Below, piece by piece: positions 1 through 10,658 of a stretch of 64,000 nt of DNA (the stretch's first letter is position 1; every line of letters begins with the position of its first letter). The DNA lies in the NCBI GenBank assembly GCA_002792735.1, contig PFOW01000055.1:273-64272 (forward strand), in the 5' to 3' direction. Both the position numbers and the translations under genes were made by a program. A model generated the notes under the pieces. That model worked only from the letters and a program-made list of their open reading frames with translations. It had not been told where the DNA came from and did no database searches. This stretch comes from a bacterium CG_4_10_14_0_2_um_filter_33_32. GTDB taxonomy: Bacteria; Patescibacteriota; CPR2_A; CG2-30-33-46.

Positions 1-951
1 AATATCCGTAACTTTTGTTGGTGCTTTTCCAGAAATCCAATTTATATTTTCTGCCAATAAAGATTTTCTATATAAATCTTTTTCTTTCCCTACAACCAAT
101 ATATTATCTTTCGAATTGATATCTATAACATACAATGGCTCTTTCGCCGCAATACCAATACCCTTTCTTTGACCTACCGTATAAAAAGCTATTCCATTAT
201 GCTGTCCTAAGATTTCGCCTTTAGCATTAATGATTTTTCCTGCTTTGAATTTTTCCGGTTCAACCTGGCTCTCTAAAAACTGACGATAATCACCGAAGGG
301 AACAAAACAAATTTCCTGGCTCTCCTTCCTATTATATGAAGGAAGATTACTTTCTTTAGCGATCCTTCTTACTTCTTCTTTTCTATAACCACCTATAGGA
401 AGTAAAAAATGCTTTAATACTTTCTGTATAGCTGTATATAAAAAGTAACTCTGATCTTTATTACTATCAGTACCTTTTAAAAGCCTAAACATTTTTTCTT
501 TTTTACCATTTATTAATCTTTCATAACTGTCCACTCTTGCATAATGACCAGTTGCAAAATAATCTGCTTCAAATATATCAATGGCTTTATGGAATAAAGC
601 ACTGAATTTTATTTTTTGCCCACATACAATACATGGATTAGGTGTTCTACCAGATAAATATTCATCTATAAAATAATCAACAATATTCTTTTTGAAAAAA
701 TCCCTTAAATCCAACACATGAAAAAGAATTTTTAGTTTATTAGCAGTTTCAAGAGCAACCTGCATTGCCTCTGCAGAACAACAAAGATTTTCAAAAGCGC
801 AAAAAGGTACATTCTTCGGCTGATCCGAAGACCAAAAGCGCATAAAAACACCGATAACATCATACCCTTGCTCTTTGAGTAAAAATGCGGCCACAGATGA
901 ATCAACTCCACCGCTCATAGCTACAACCACCTTTTGTCTTTTACTTTTCAT
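1..951 (-). CDS. mnmA: tRNA-specific 2-thiouridylase MnmA (3' end runs off window)
   Basis: Manual translation from ATG at 951: MKSKRQKVVVAMSGGVDSSVAA...TPNPCIVC...ATGHYA...KDQSYFL...ESQEICF...YTVGQRKG; absent from the ORF track because it is truncated by the window edge. Confidence 0.95.
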   Translation of the reverse strand, partial: MKSKRQKVVVAMSGGVDSSVAAFLLKEQGYDVIGVFMRFWSSDQPKNVPFCAFENLCCSAEAMQVALETANKLKILFHVLDLRDFFKKNIVDYFIDEYLSGRTPNPCIVCGQKIKFSALFHKAIDIFEADYFATGHYARVDSYERLINGKKEKMFRLLKGTDSNKDQSYFLYTAIQKVLKHFLLPIGGYRKEEVRRIAKESNLPSYNRKESQEICFVPFGDYRQFLESQVEPEKFKAGKIINAKGEILGQHNGIAFYTVGQRKGIGIAAKEPLYVIDINSKDNILVVGKEKDLYRKSLLAENINWISGKAPTKVTDI

Positions 952-1924
952 ACCCAACCCATCTTTCCTTTGATTGCTTATTGTAAAAATCATCAGATGA
1001 TTTTTTATAGTTTGTTTCCAAGAAAGATAATCTTTTTAATTTTTTACCATCCAACACTAAAGGATCAACAATTCTAATTTTGCTTTTAACTAAATAACTA
1101 TTAGCAATTTCATTTCCTGAAACTATTAATTTTTCTCTTTTCATATTCTTTAACAATTTTAATTTCTTAAAAATATCTTTATTATTTGATTTTTTCAATT
1201 TTTCTAAAAATTTCTTTTCGTTCAAAAATAAATCTTCATGTTGAATAATCTTTTTTTCAAACGCTATCTTTATTACATCAACCATAATAAAATATAGTAA
1301 TTCCTCAAAAGGATTTGCCCAAAATAGCTCATTGATTTTCATATAATTATCAGCAAAAGACAGTGCAATCTTCCTATTTTTAAAAACAATATTTCTATTC
1401 AAAACTATTAAATTATTTAATAAATCTTTGGTATTAAAATTTTTTGCTAAATAAGGGTCTCTTAAAAAATAATCAATCCGATCTGCACATAAATCTGGTA
1501 ACGGCTTTTCCATGATAGGAAAATTGTTGTCATTAAGAACTTTTTTTAAATCTATATGATACTTTTTCAGTATTAGAGGAATATCTGATTTGTTAATTAA
1601 TTCTCTATGATACTTTTTATCATACTCGCTATTTTCCTCTGGAAACAAAAAATCAATTGCATGAGAAAAAACCGTATGTCCTACATCGTACAACAATCCT
1701 GCAACCTGTTCTTCTACAGAAACTGAAAAACGCTTAAGCAAAAGATAAACACCTACACTATGTTCAAATCTAGTAATAATTCTTTTTGTATAATACTTAT
1801 TATAAACACTTGGACCATGCTGGCTTATATTTTTTAATCTTTGAACTGGGTTAGAATTAATTATTTCGATAATAATAGGGTCTGAAATATTAACCTTCCC
1901 ATACACATAATCCCTATAAATCAT
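941..1924 (-). CDS. HD-domain phosphohydrolase (YwfO-like), HD motif reads YD
   Basis: QRLKNISQHG, TRFEHSVGV, AGLLYDVGHTVFSH, LCADRIDYFLRD motifs. Confidence 0.8.
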   Translation of the reverse strand: MIYRDYVYGKVNISDPIIIEIINSNPVQRLKNISQHGPSVYNKYYTKRIITRFEHSVGVYLLLKRFSVSVEEQVAGLLYDVGHTVFSHAIDFLFPEENSEYDKKYHRELINKSDIPLILKKYHIDLKKVLNDNNFPIMEKPLPDLCADRIDYFLRDPYLAKNFNTKDLLNNLIVLNRNIVFKNRKIALSFADNYMKINELFWANPFEELLYFIMVDVIKIAFEKKIIQHEDLFLNEKKFLEKLKKSNNKDIFKKLKLLKNMKREKLIVSGNEIANSYLVKSKIRIVDPLVLDGKKLKRLSFLETNYKKSSDDFYNKQSKERWVGYEK

Positions 1925-2570
1925 TATTGTTTACTCTTAGTTCTAATTCTTTATTAAGTACTTCCGAAATTAATATTGGATAATCTTTTGATTCATTCTC
2001 TTTAGTATAGCTTACAATTTTTGCCGATGCTTTATCTCTAATATTTATTAGCCAAGGATCATCAGCATTAATGATCACCAGACCATTTTTAGGTACCGCT
2101 TTAATTGCTTTTTCTATTTCTTTTGCTCTTATCTCTAGTTCATCGGACGATGCTTCGAAATCTAAACTTATATTCGTACAAATAAGGTATTTAGGTTGAA
2201 CAATAGTTAAAAGATAATCCATTTCACCCGGGAAAATTGCTCCCAGCTCCAAGATTAATATTTTAGGAAATTTTTTACTAAATAAAGCAATAGATATTCC
2301 TCTTGATAAGATTTTAAACCATGCCCAAAAGGAAGAATTGCCTGATGGTAGATATAGTACGGCAAGCGGAAGGCCAATTTCAGTATTATAACTTCTGGGA
2401 TTAGCTCGACAATCAAATTTTTTAGATAATTTTTCTTTGATTGCTTCCTTGGTTTCCGTTTTTCCTAAATTGCCAACTATACCAATAATCTGCGGCTTAT
2501 GTCTCCAGATGGTTATCCTTGTTAATATTCTTAGAATCCAAGTTACGATTTTCTTAAATACTTTTTTCAT
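1914..2570 (-). CDS. Short Mur ligase (MurF-like) central ATP-binding domain protein
   Basis: IIGIVGNLGKTETKEAI P-loop, SYNTEIGLPL, LILELG, INADDP; only 218 aa, no C-terminal domain. Confidence 0.7.
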   Translation of the reverse strand: MKKVFKKIVTWILRILTRITIWRHKPQIIGIVGNLGKTETKEAIKEKLSKKFDCRANPRSYNTEIGLPLAVLYLPSGNSSFWAWFKILSRGISIALFSKKFPKILILELGAIFPGEMDYLLTIVQPKYLICTNISLDFEASSDELEIRAKEIEKAIKAVPKNGLVIINADDPWLINIRDKASAKIVSYTKENESKDYPILISEVLNKELELRVNNNDL

Positions 2571-3723
2571 TGCTGCTCCTTAAAGTATTGTTCTATTCTA
2601 TCGAACGCCTCATTTATTTTTTCTTCAGTTACCCCAAAAGATATTCGTATATGATTTTCACCTATCGGACCAAAAGCGATTCCAGAAACTGTTGCTACCT
2701 TGGCTTTATACAACAAATCCAAAGCAATATCCCTTGAAGAACATTCCTTTAGGATTTTTGGAAAAACAAAATAAGCCGAATTTGGTCTTTTATATGAAAA
2801 ATAATTTGATAATTTATCAAGACGCCTTAAAATCAAGTCCCTTCTTTTTATAAATTCTCTTTTAAACCTCAAGACCTCTTCCTCTGCTAACTCAAAAGCA
2901 GCTATTGCAGCGTATTGAGAAACTACTGGAGCGCAAGTGACAATAGCATCATGAACTTTAATGATTTCGGCTATATTTTCTTTTGACGAATGAACAAACC
3001 CGATTCTCCAACCAGTCATAGCAAAAGCCTTAGAAAAACTAAAAATTCGAACAACCCTATCTTTAATCTCAGGATTCTGTGCTGGTGAATAATACTCTAT
3101 ATCTTCATATATAAAATCTTTATAAACTTCGTCGGTAATGATAAATAAATTAAACTCTTTAGCTAATTCTTCTAATTCTTGAACTTCTTGTTTGCTGTAA
3201 ATTGTGGATGTTGGATTGTTTGGATTACAAAAAAATATTGCTTTTGTTCTAGGAGTTATCTTTTCTTTAAAATAATTTGTATTTATACTCCAAGACTTTT
3301 CTTCATCCAAAGGAACAGATATTGGTATCCCTCCAGCAACTTTTATAGCCTCAGAATACGATACATAAGTTGGAGAAGGAATTAAAACTTCGTCATCTCT
3401 TTCTAATATAGTAAGGAGGGTGGCAGTTATTCCTTCGATAGCTCCAGCCGTTATAATTATTCAGTGCTAGGGCCATAAATCATATTATCTTTTTTAAGCT
3501 TCTCAGAGATTATCTCTCTAAGCTCTGGCAACCCCGGGCAAAGCGAGTATTTAGAAACAAGATTATTGTCTATAGCCCTCTTAGCAAAATTTTTGATCAC
3601 TTCCGGTGTTTCGAACGATGGTATGCCTTGAGCTAATGAAATAGCATTCGGCACTTTAGAAGCTAGGAGTTCTATTTCTTTGATAATTGATAGTCTGATG
3701 TTTTTTGTTTTACTAATATCCAT
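2567..3723 (-). pseudogene. PLP-dependent aminotransferase class I/II, frameshifted near 3459
   Basis: N-part ISLAQGIP..YSLCPGLPELRE; after GAA TAA the -1 frame continues IIITAGAIEG..PSPTY into NPNNPT, DEVY, SFSKAFAMTGWRIG; adding one A restores a ~385 aa protein. Confidence 0.8.
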
Positions 3724-3754
3724 TAAGGATATTTTACTCTTTCTAACTGATTTT

Positions 3755-3775
3755 AAAAAGTGCCCGAAGGGCGCT
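3755..3775 (-). terminator. Possible intrinsic terminator after yjbQ-like gene
   Basis: Minus strand AGCGCCC-TTC-GGGCACT (one mismatch) followed by a T run. Confidence 0.5.
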
Positions 3776-3780
3776 CATCC

Positions 3781-4239
3781 CTACTCTCCCATTATCTGAA
3801 ATAAAACTTCTCTATTTCTTGGCTGATCGAGTTCTAAGAAAAATATTCTCTGCCATTGTCCCAAAACGATTTTTCCATTTTCAATAATTAAGGTAACCGA
3901 TGGATAACCGATAAACATATGCTGAATATGAGAGTGCCCATTCATACATTCTTCCGTATCCGGACTACAAACAAGATTTTCAGTCCTAATCTTTAAATCA
4001 TTATGTCTATAATAATCCTTGCTTGGTGCAAATTTTTCTACAAAATCCTCAAAGTCCTTAAAAAAACAAGATTCTTTCTCATTGATAGTCAAAGTAGCAG
4101 ATGTATGAAGAGAAAAAACAACTAGGACACCGTTTTGAATATTTCCTTCTTCCACAAAATTTTCCGCATCTGAAGTAATATCTTTTATATGAAGTTGTTT
4201 CTCGGTTTTAAATTTTAATCTCGTCGTTATAATTTTCAT
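3781..4239 (-). CDS. yjbQ: YjbQ/UPF0047 family protein
   Basis: HTSATLTINE, YRHND, NGHSH, LGQWQRIFFLELD.PRNR. Confidence 0.9.
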   Translation of the reverse strand: MKIITTRLKFKTEKQLHIKDITSDAENFVEEGNIQNGVLVVFSLHTSATLTINEKESCFFKDFEDFVEKFAPSKDYYRHNDLKIRTENLVCSPDTEECMNGHSHIQHMFIGYPSVTLIIENGKIVLGQWQRIFFLELDQPRNREVLFQIMGE

Positions 4240-4251
4240 TAGACCTCTTTT

Positions 4252-4869
4252 CTAATCATTTTTCAAAGCATAATTTTTAGTAATTGCTAGATACATTACC
4301 CTTACAAATTCAGACATAGTAATATTAACACTTTTTTTATTATCCCACCATTTATCACTATTCCAATTAGAATCAGAAGAAGAATGGTTAATAATGTTAT
4401 AATCTCTTCCCAAAATAAATGAAAAATTCATATAAGCTCTTTTTTGATGATAGGGCGAGGTAACAAGAATGATTTTTTTAAAATTGTTTTTTTCTAGAAT
4501 ATTTTTTGAGAATAATGCGTTTTCATAAGTAGATGTTGATTTCTCCTCAAGTAAAATATTATTTGAAGAAACTCCTTGTTTGATAGCATAATTTTTCATG
4601 CCCTTTGCGTTGGATACGGTTCCACTTTTTGCTGCTCCAGAAAAAAGTAAATAAGAAGCATAGCCTTGTTTAAACAACTTTACGCCTTCAGCAGTTCTCT
4701 CTATTGTTTCTCCTCCTGAAATTACAATTATTACATCAGATTTATCTAAATTATCCTGGGGCGATAAAAACTTTCCAAGGAAAGCCATTGTGAAAATTGC
4801 TAACATAAAAAAGACAAAGAAAAAAATAGCTGTTATGTAAAAAAGTCTTTTTTTAGTTTTTGCTTTCAT
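4252..4869 (-). CDS. YdcF/DUF218 (ElyC-like) protein
   Basis: N-terminal TM, DVIIVISGG, EEKSTSTYENA, LVTSPYHQKRA; ATG at 4869 preferred over the overlapping upstream start. Confidence 0.85.
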   Translation of the reverse strand: MKAKTKKRLFYITAIFFFVFFMLAIFTMAFLGKFLSPQDNLDKSDVIIVISGGETIERTAEGVKLFKQGYASYLLFSGAAKSGTVSNAKGMKNYAIKQGVSSNNILLEEKSTSTYENALFSKNILEKNNFKKIILVTSPYHQKRAYMNFSFILGRDYNIINHSSSDSNWNSDKWWDNKKSVNITMSEFVRVMYLAITKNYALKND

Positions 4870-4882
4870 TTCTATATTCAAA

Positions 4883-5839
4883 TTAATCGGTAAAGTTCTG
4901 AGTAAACATTTTACCATATACTCCTCCGTCTAGCACCCCAATGCCGACTTTTCCAAACTCAGGATTTAATATGTTAGCTTTATGCCCTGGGCTATTCATC
5001 AATCCTTTATGCGCTATTTCTACGTTTGCAGCTAAAGCTAAATTTTCTCCTGCTATTATATATTTTATACCAACAGAAGATATTCTATCAAAAGGAGTTT
5101 TACCTTCTACATTATTATGGGCAAAATATCCCCTTGCAAACATATCCTTAGAATGTTCTCTTGCAACTTTCCTAAGTTGTTCATCCATAATTAATGGTTT
5201 AAAACCATGTCTTGCTCTTTCATTATTTACAAATTCCAACATTTGTTCCTCGCTTTGCGTGTCAATACTAACTTCATTTGTCTTAAATTTAAGATCAACT
5301 GATTCTTCGGTGTCCGGTTTTATAGTTAAAAGAGTAAATGTTTCGTTTATGGCACTACCTAACGATGGCTCTAATCTTCTCTCGACATCAGAAACAACAG
5401 CTACTAGTGGCTTACCTATGCTAGATTGAAAAATCTTTTCTTTGATATTACCTGAGGTGGGTAAAGCAATCAAAATTGTTAAAATCATAGCTATCCAGAA
5501 AATACCTTTTATCAAACCAGGAAAAATACCAAAATATTTATTAATATTAAATCTTTTAATTTTATCCGGCACTTTAAGATTAATCAAATATTCGAAAACG
5601 GAAAAAATTATCTTGAAAAGCATGAGCAATATCAAAAAAGACATTACTTTTAAAAGATTTGGCGGTAAAGAAATAATAGATTGCAACAATTGCGAAAATC
5701 TTGAATTTAGTAAAAAGGAAAATAATAAAGAAAAAGATAAGAAAAAAAACTCACTAAATATTTTTATAAATCCCCCAAAATATCCAAGTACTCCGAAAGC
5801 AATTAAAATTAATATTATAAAAATATCTATGTAATTCAT
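4883..5839 (-). CDS. CvpA-family membrane domain fused to CAP/SCP domain
   Basis: MNYIDIFIIL..GYFGGF TM region; VNNERARHG, AREHSKDM, GENLA, LMNSPGHKANIL. Confidence 0.85.
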   Translation of the reverse strand: MNYIDIFIILILIAFGVLGYFGGFIKIFSEFFFLSFSLLFSFLLNSRFSQLLQSIISLPPNLLKVMSFLILLMLFKIIFSVFEYLINLKVPDKIKRFNINKYFGIFPGLIKGIFWIAMILTILIALPTSGNIKEKIFQSSIGKPLVAVVSDVERRLEPSLGSAINETFTLLTIKPDTEESVDLKFKTNEVSIDTQSEEQMLEFVNNERARHGFKPLIMDEQLRKVAREHSKDMFARGYFAHNNVEGKTPFDRISSVGIKYIIAGENLALAANVEIAHKGLMNSPGHKANILNPEFGKVGIGVLDGGVYGKMFTQNFTD

Positions 5840-5840
5840 A

Positions 5841-8609
5841 TTAAGAAATATTTTCCCTTTTTAATTGTGGTATTATTTTTACACGGTTAGTAAAAAAATG
5901 TTTTATCTTAACAGATATTAAAGCCGCTAATCCAACAGATAGGGCAGAAATTATTTCTATAATGCCTAATGAACGAGTTTCTAAAAAGTTTTGGAAAAAA
6001 GGTATATATAAAAAAGAACTAAGCATCACCATTGAACAAAAACAAGCCCCTATTAAGTACCAATTAGTAAATAATGATTTTAATATTGATTGACGTCCAG
6101 AATGGGTATCAAATACATTAACTATCTGAGAAAATACCAAAGATGCATATGTTACACTCGTTGCTTTAAAATACAAAGATCCTGTCCAATCTTGTCCCCA
6201 AACCCAACCGTCTCTTAAAACAGTAATCGTAAAAGCTACGGCTGCACCAACGCCCATAACTATACCTATATAGAAAAAGCCAAGAATCATTTTTTTATTT
6301 AACAGCCTTTCTTTCTGATTTCTGGGAGGTCTATTCATAACATCTTCATCTTTCTGGTCAACGGCTAAGGCAAGAGAAGGTAAAACATCTGTGCCTAAAT
6401 CTACTGCTAATATTTGAATGGCCAAAATTGGCATAGGTACTCCTAGAATAATGCCAGCAACGACAGAAAAAAGCTCTCCAACATTAGAAGAAAAAATATA
6501 ATGAACAAATTTCTTTAAATTATCATAAACAATTCTTCCTTCCTCTACTGCCGCTACAATTGTTTTAAAATTATCATCCAATAGAATAACCTCAGAAGCT
6601 TCTTTTGACACATCGGTTCCCGCAATCCCCATAGCTACCCCGATATCCGCTTTTTTCAGTGCTGGAGCATCATTAACACCATCACCAGTAACGGCCACAA
6701 TTTGGCCTTGCTCCTGCAAAACATTAACTATTCTAATTTTTTGCTCAGGAGCTGTTCTAGCAAAAACTACGTCTTTACTTTTTAATATTGTAGATAGTTC
6801 TGTATCTTCCATTTTCAAAAGCTCAGTTCCAGAAATAACTGAGTAATTATCTTTTACAATACCCACCCTGCTAGCTACAGCGCTTGCCGTTAAACCATAA
6901 TCGCCGGTAATCATTATTACTTTTATTCCTGCCTTTTGAGCAATAGAGACTGCTTCAGCCACTCCTTCTTTTGGAGGATCAATCATAGCAATAAGACCTA
7001 AAAATGTAAGATTATTTTCTATGTTCGATTCACAAAGATTATTTCGATCATTAACTGATTTATATGCTATTGCTAAAACTCTTAATCCTTTCTTAGCATA
7101 TTCATCAACATGATCCATTATTTTACGCTTATATTCATCAATAGATTTTACTTCTTTTCCAATTTGTATAGAGGGGCAACAATCTAAAACTTCATTAGGC
7201 GCTCCCTTACAATAGGCGAACAATCCTTTTTTATTTTCGACAACTACTGTCATTATTTTTCTTTCTGAAGTAAAAGGTATTTCGAATATCTCTTTATTCT
7301 TTATCTCTAAGCCCTTTTTTGAAATACCTGCTTTCTCTGCTAAAACAATGATTGATCCTTCGGTAGGATCACCTAGTATTTTCCATTGTTCTTCTTTATC
7401 TAACGGTGGAATAAGTTTAGCGTTAGTACAAAGAATGCCAGCTTCCAATAATGTGATCAATGTTTCGGGTAGAATTCTAATTTTAGCTTCTCCCTCAATA
7501 AAATCGCCGACCGGCTCATAACCAATCCCCTTTATATGAAAATGTCTAAAGTCAGCTAGAACTTCTTTGACTGTCATTTCGTTCTTAGTTATTGTTCCGG
7601 TCTTATCAGAGCAAATTACAGTTGCAGATCCCAACGTCTCAACGGCGGATAATTTTTTTACAAGAGCTTTTCTTTTTGCCATTCTTTTTACAGCTAAGGC
7701 TAAAGCAACAGATACTGTTGCCGGCAATCCTTCTGGTACCATAGCAACTGCTAAACTTAAAGCAAACACCAAGCTAAATGAAAAAGATTTCTGAAGAAAA
7801 ATATTGATCAAGAAAATAATTATTCCAATAATAATCGTAATTCTCGCCACTTTTGTTGCTGATTTTGACAGTTCTTTTTGTAGAGGACTTTTTTCATCTT
7901 CAATCTGTTGCGTGACACAAGCAATCTTACCAAATTCAGTATTCATACCAGTGGCTATCACAATAGCTTTTGCGTTACCGCTTGCCACTGAAGTACCCGC
8001 AAAAACCATATTATCTATATCAGTAAGACCGACTTCTTTCTTAATAATTTGAGAAAACTTCTCTTGAGGGACTGATTCTCCTGTTAAAGTAAAGTCATTA
8101 GTATTTAGTTCATTTTCTTCAACAATACGAGCATCGGCCGGAATATCGTCTCCTTCATCCAAAATTAATACATCCCCTGGTATGATTTCACTGGCCAAAA
8201 CTTCGCTTTCCTTACCTTCCCTTAGAACAACTGCCTTTTTAGGAAGCACTTTTTGCAATGTCTCAATAATTTTCTCAGCTCGATACTCCTGGATAAAACC
8301 AATAGTTGAGTTAAGAAAAATAATACCTAAAATTACTAAGGCGTCACGAGGACCAGTATCTCCACCAAAAACAAAAGATACCAACGCAGCACCTAACAAT
8401 AGCATCGCAAAAATATCAAAAAAATAAGATAAGAACTTTATAATAACAGGCGCTTTTTTCTCTTTACTTATAGCATTCTCACCATATTTTTCCTGTCTTC
8501 TTTTTGCTTCGTTGCCGCCTAAACCGTAAGTGATAGATGTTCTAAGTTCATCTGCAATATCTTTTGCAGTTCTTTGATAATAGTGCATAATGTGAATATT
8601 ATTTAACAA
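5841..8609 (-). CDS. Cation-transporting P-type ATPase (type II, Ca2+-like)
   Basis: TGES, PEGL, CSDKTGT, KGAP, MITGD, TGDGVNDAP; start could be ATG at 8588. Confidence 0.93.
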   Translation of the reverse strand: MLNNIHIMHYYQRTAKDIADELRTSITYGLGGNEAKRRQEKYGENAISKEKKAPVIIKFLSYFFDIFAMLLLGAALVSFVFGGDTGPRDALVILGIIFLNSTIGFIQEYRAEKIIETLQKVLPKKAVVLREGKESEVLASEIIPGDVLILDEGDDIPADARIVEENELNTNDFTLTGESVPQEKFSQIIKKEVGLTDIDNMVFAGTSVASGNAKAIVIATGMNTEFGKIACVTQQIEDEKSPLQKELSKSATKVARITIIIGIIIFLINIFLQKSFSFSLVFALSLAVAMVPEGLPATVSVALALAVKRMAKRKALVKKLSAVETLGSATVICSDKTGTITKNEMTVKEVLADFRHFHIKGIGYEPVGDFIEGEAKIRILPETLITLLEAGILCTNAKLIPPLDKEEQWKILGDPTEGSIIVLAEKAGISKKGLEIKNKEIFEIPFTSERKIMTVVVENKKGLFAYCKGAPNEVLDCCPSIQIGKEVKSIDEYKRKIMDHVDEYAKKGLRVLAIAYKSVNDRNNLCESNIENNLTFLGLIAMIDPPKEGVAEAVSIAQKAGIKVIMITGDYGLTASAVASRVGIVKDNYSVISGTELLKMEDTELSTILKSKDVVFARTAPEQKIRIVNVLQEQGQIVAVTGDGVNDAPALKKADIGVAMGIAGTDVSKEASEVILLDDNFKTIVAAVEEGRIVYDNLKKFVHYIFSSNVGELFSVVAGIILGVPMPILAIQILAVDLGTDVLPSLALAVDQKDEDVMNRPPRNQKERLLNKKMILGFFYIGIVMGVGAAVAFTITVLRDGWVWGQDWTGSLYFKATSVTYASLVFSQIVNVFDTHSGRQSILKSLFTNWYLIGACFCSMVMLSSFLYIPFFQNFLETRSLGIIEIISALSVGLAALISVKIKHFFTNRVKIIPQLKRENIS

Positions 8610-8658
8610 ATATATTATACAGGAAATAAAGAACTAATCTAGAAATTTAGATACTTAA

Positions 8659-8979
8659 TTATTTATCTTTTTTGAAATAATAAGCAAAAATTGCGGCAAT
8701 AATAATACTAAATAGAGGTATGATCAAAACGGATATTGCTACTAATTTTGTATCATCAATAACTATAAATTTTGAGGAAAGGATAAGAATAATAGCAAAA
8801 AATAATAATATTCCGGCAACAATCCATCTAAATAAACTATCTGAAAAAATACTTCTAGTTAAATAACCCCAATTATACCTATTAGCTAAAAAATATAACA
8901 TCATTGCTGCAGAAATAACTAAAATAACCATAACTGCTATTAATATATTCAAATCGGTTTTACTTATTAAATTTATCAT
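8659..8979 (-). CDS. Small membrane protein (3 TM)
   Basis: Three hydrophobic segments; directly downstream of iscU. Confidence 0.6.
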   Translation of the reverse strand: MINLISKTDLNILIAVMVILVISAAMMLYFLANRYNWGYLTRSIFSDSLFRWIVAGILLFFAIILILSSKFIVIDDTKLVAISVLIIPLFSIIIAAIFAYYFKKDK

Positions 8980-8982
8980 TTC

Positions 8983-9378
8983 TTAATTTTTCTTATTTTT
9001 ATAATCATCTATTGCTTTTTTTAAAGCATCTGCGGATAAATTTGAGCAATGTTCTTTTACGGGCGGTAAACCACCGAGCTCTCCAGAAACATCTTTTCTT
9101 TCAATATTATAAGCTTCTTTTAAGCTTTTACCTTTCGCCATTTCAGTTATCATTGAGCTTGTAGCAATGGCGGCAGCACAGCCAAAAGTTTTAAATTTTA
9201 TATCCTCAATGTATTCGTCGCTGTCTCTTTCGCCTACCTTAATTGTAAGAAGCATGATGTCCCCACAAGTCGGATTGCCTACTCTTCCTAAGCCATCGGG
9301 ATTTTTAATTTCTCCGATGTTGCGAGGATTTTGGAAATGATCCATTACTTTTTCTGAATATGGTGAAAATTCTGACAT
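8983..9378 (-). CDS. iscU: Fe-S cluster scaffold IscU/NifU N-terminal type
   Basis: YSEKVMDHFQNPRN, GNPTCGD, FKTFGCAAAIA, LPPVKEHCS. Confidence 0.93.
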   Translation of the reverse strand: MSEFSPYSEKVMDHFQNPRNIGEIKNPDGLGRVGNPTCGDIMLLTIKVGERDSDEYIEDIKFKTFGCAAAIATSSMITEMAKGKSLKEAYNIERKDVSGELGGLPPVKEHCSNLSADALKKAIDDYKNKKN

Positions 9379-9391
9379 ATAAACTCCTTTT

Positions 9392-10594
9392 TTAGTCGTT
9401 TTCTAAAACTCCTGAACTAATACCTCGAAGATCATCAATAATATCCGGCAAAATTTTAACAAAAGCATTAACATCATCTTCGGTAGTATACTGACCCATC
9501 GATATCCTTATAGAACTATGAGTCATTTCTGGCTTTAACCCAACAGCCGTTAATACATGAGAAGGTTGTAATGAACCTGAAGCGCAAGCGGATCCAGTAG
9601 AAACATAGAATCCTTTTGTATTAAGTTTTAGAAGCAATGATTCTCCCTCAACATTCTTAAAAACAAAACTGGCAATATGAGGAAGACGTTTTTCGTTATC
9701 TCCTGTTAATACCGAACCCGGGATATTCAAAACCTGCTCTATCAATTTGTCTCTAAGTAAACGCAATCTTTCAACTTCCTTAGTCTTCTTTCCAATAGCT
9801 AATTCTAAAGCCTTTGCCATGCCAACTATGTTTGCAACATTTTCAGTGCCGGCCCTTCTATGTTTTTCTTGCCCCCCGCCATTCTGCTGAGGTAAAAAAA
9901 TTGAACCTCTTTTTACATATAATACCCCAACACCTTTGGGAGCATAAAATTTATGTCCAGTAATACTTAAAAAATTAATGCCAAGTTTATCAACTCTGGA
10001 ATCTAAATACTGCACACCCTGAACCGCATCGGTATGGAAATAAACCGGGGGTAAATTTTTAGCTTCACGAATCTTGTTTATATCTTTTATTATATAAGCT
10101 ATCTCTTCAATCGGCTCTATTGTACCTATTTCATTATTTGCATACATGATTGATACCAAAACAGTAGAATCTTTTATAGATTTTTTCACATCCTCCGGAT
10201 CAATAATTCCTGCAGTAGAAACAGGCAATTCAGTCACATCAGCATTAAAATTATCTTTTAGATATTTAATTGTATCTAAAACTGAATGATGCTCTATAGG
10301 AGAAGTAATTATATGATTACCTTGATTTTTTAAATACCGTGAAAAATAAACGCCTTTAATCGCTAGATTGTTAGATTCGGTAGCACAGGAGGTAAAAATT
10401 ATTTCAGATGTATCTGAACCTAAGATATTAGCTATTTTCTCCCGTGCTCCCTCGATTGCTAACCGTGCTTCTTGCCCCTTGTTATAGATGCTTGAAGGAT
10501 TACCATATTTATCCCTAAGATATGGTTCCATTTCCTTAAAAACTTGGCTGTCTACCGGCGTTGTAGCCGCATAATCAAAATAGTATTCTTTCAT
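9392..10594 (-). CDS. iscS: Cysteine desulfurase IscS/NifS
   Basis: YFDYAATTP, GNPSS, ANNEIGT, HTDAVQ, GHKFYAPKG, STGSACASG. Confidence 0.93.
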   Translation of the reverse strand: MKEYYFDYAATTPVDSQVFKEMEPYLRDKYGNPSSIYNKGQEARLAIEGAREKIANILGSDTSEIIFTSCATESNNLAIKGVYFSRYLKNQGNHIITSPIEHHSVLDTIKYLKDNFNADVTELPVSTAGIIDPEDVKKSIKDSTVLVSIMYANNEIGTIEPIEEIAYIIKDINKIREAKNLPPVYFHTDAVQGVQYLDSRVDKLGINFLSITGHKFYAPKGVGVLYVKRGSIFLPQQNGGGQEKHRRAGTENVANIVGMAKALELAIGKKTKEVERLRLLRDKLIEQVLNIPGSVLTGDNEKRLPHIASFVFKNVEGESLLLKLNTKGFYVSTGSACASGSLQPSHVLTAVGLKPEMTHSSIRISMGQYTTEDDVNAFVKILPDIIDDLRGISSGVLEND

Positions 10595-10658
10595 ATTTTA
10601 GATATCAGTTATCAGTAACTAATTATCAGTAAAGATAACGACTGACAAAAATTATTAA

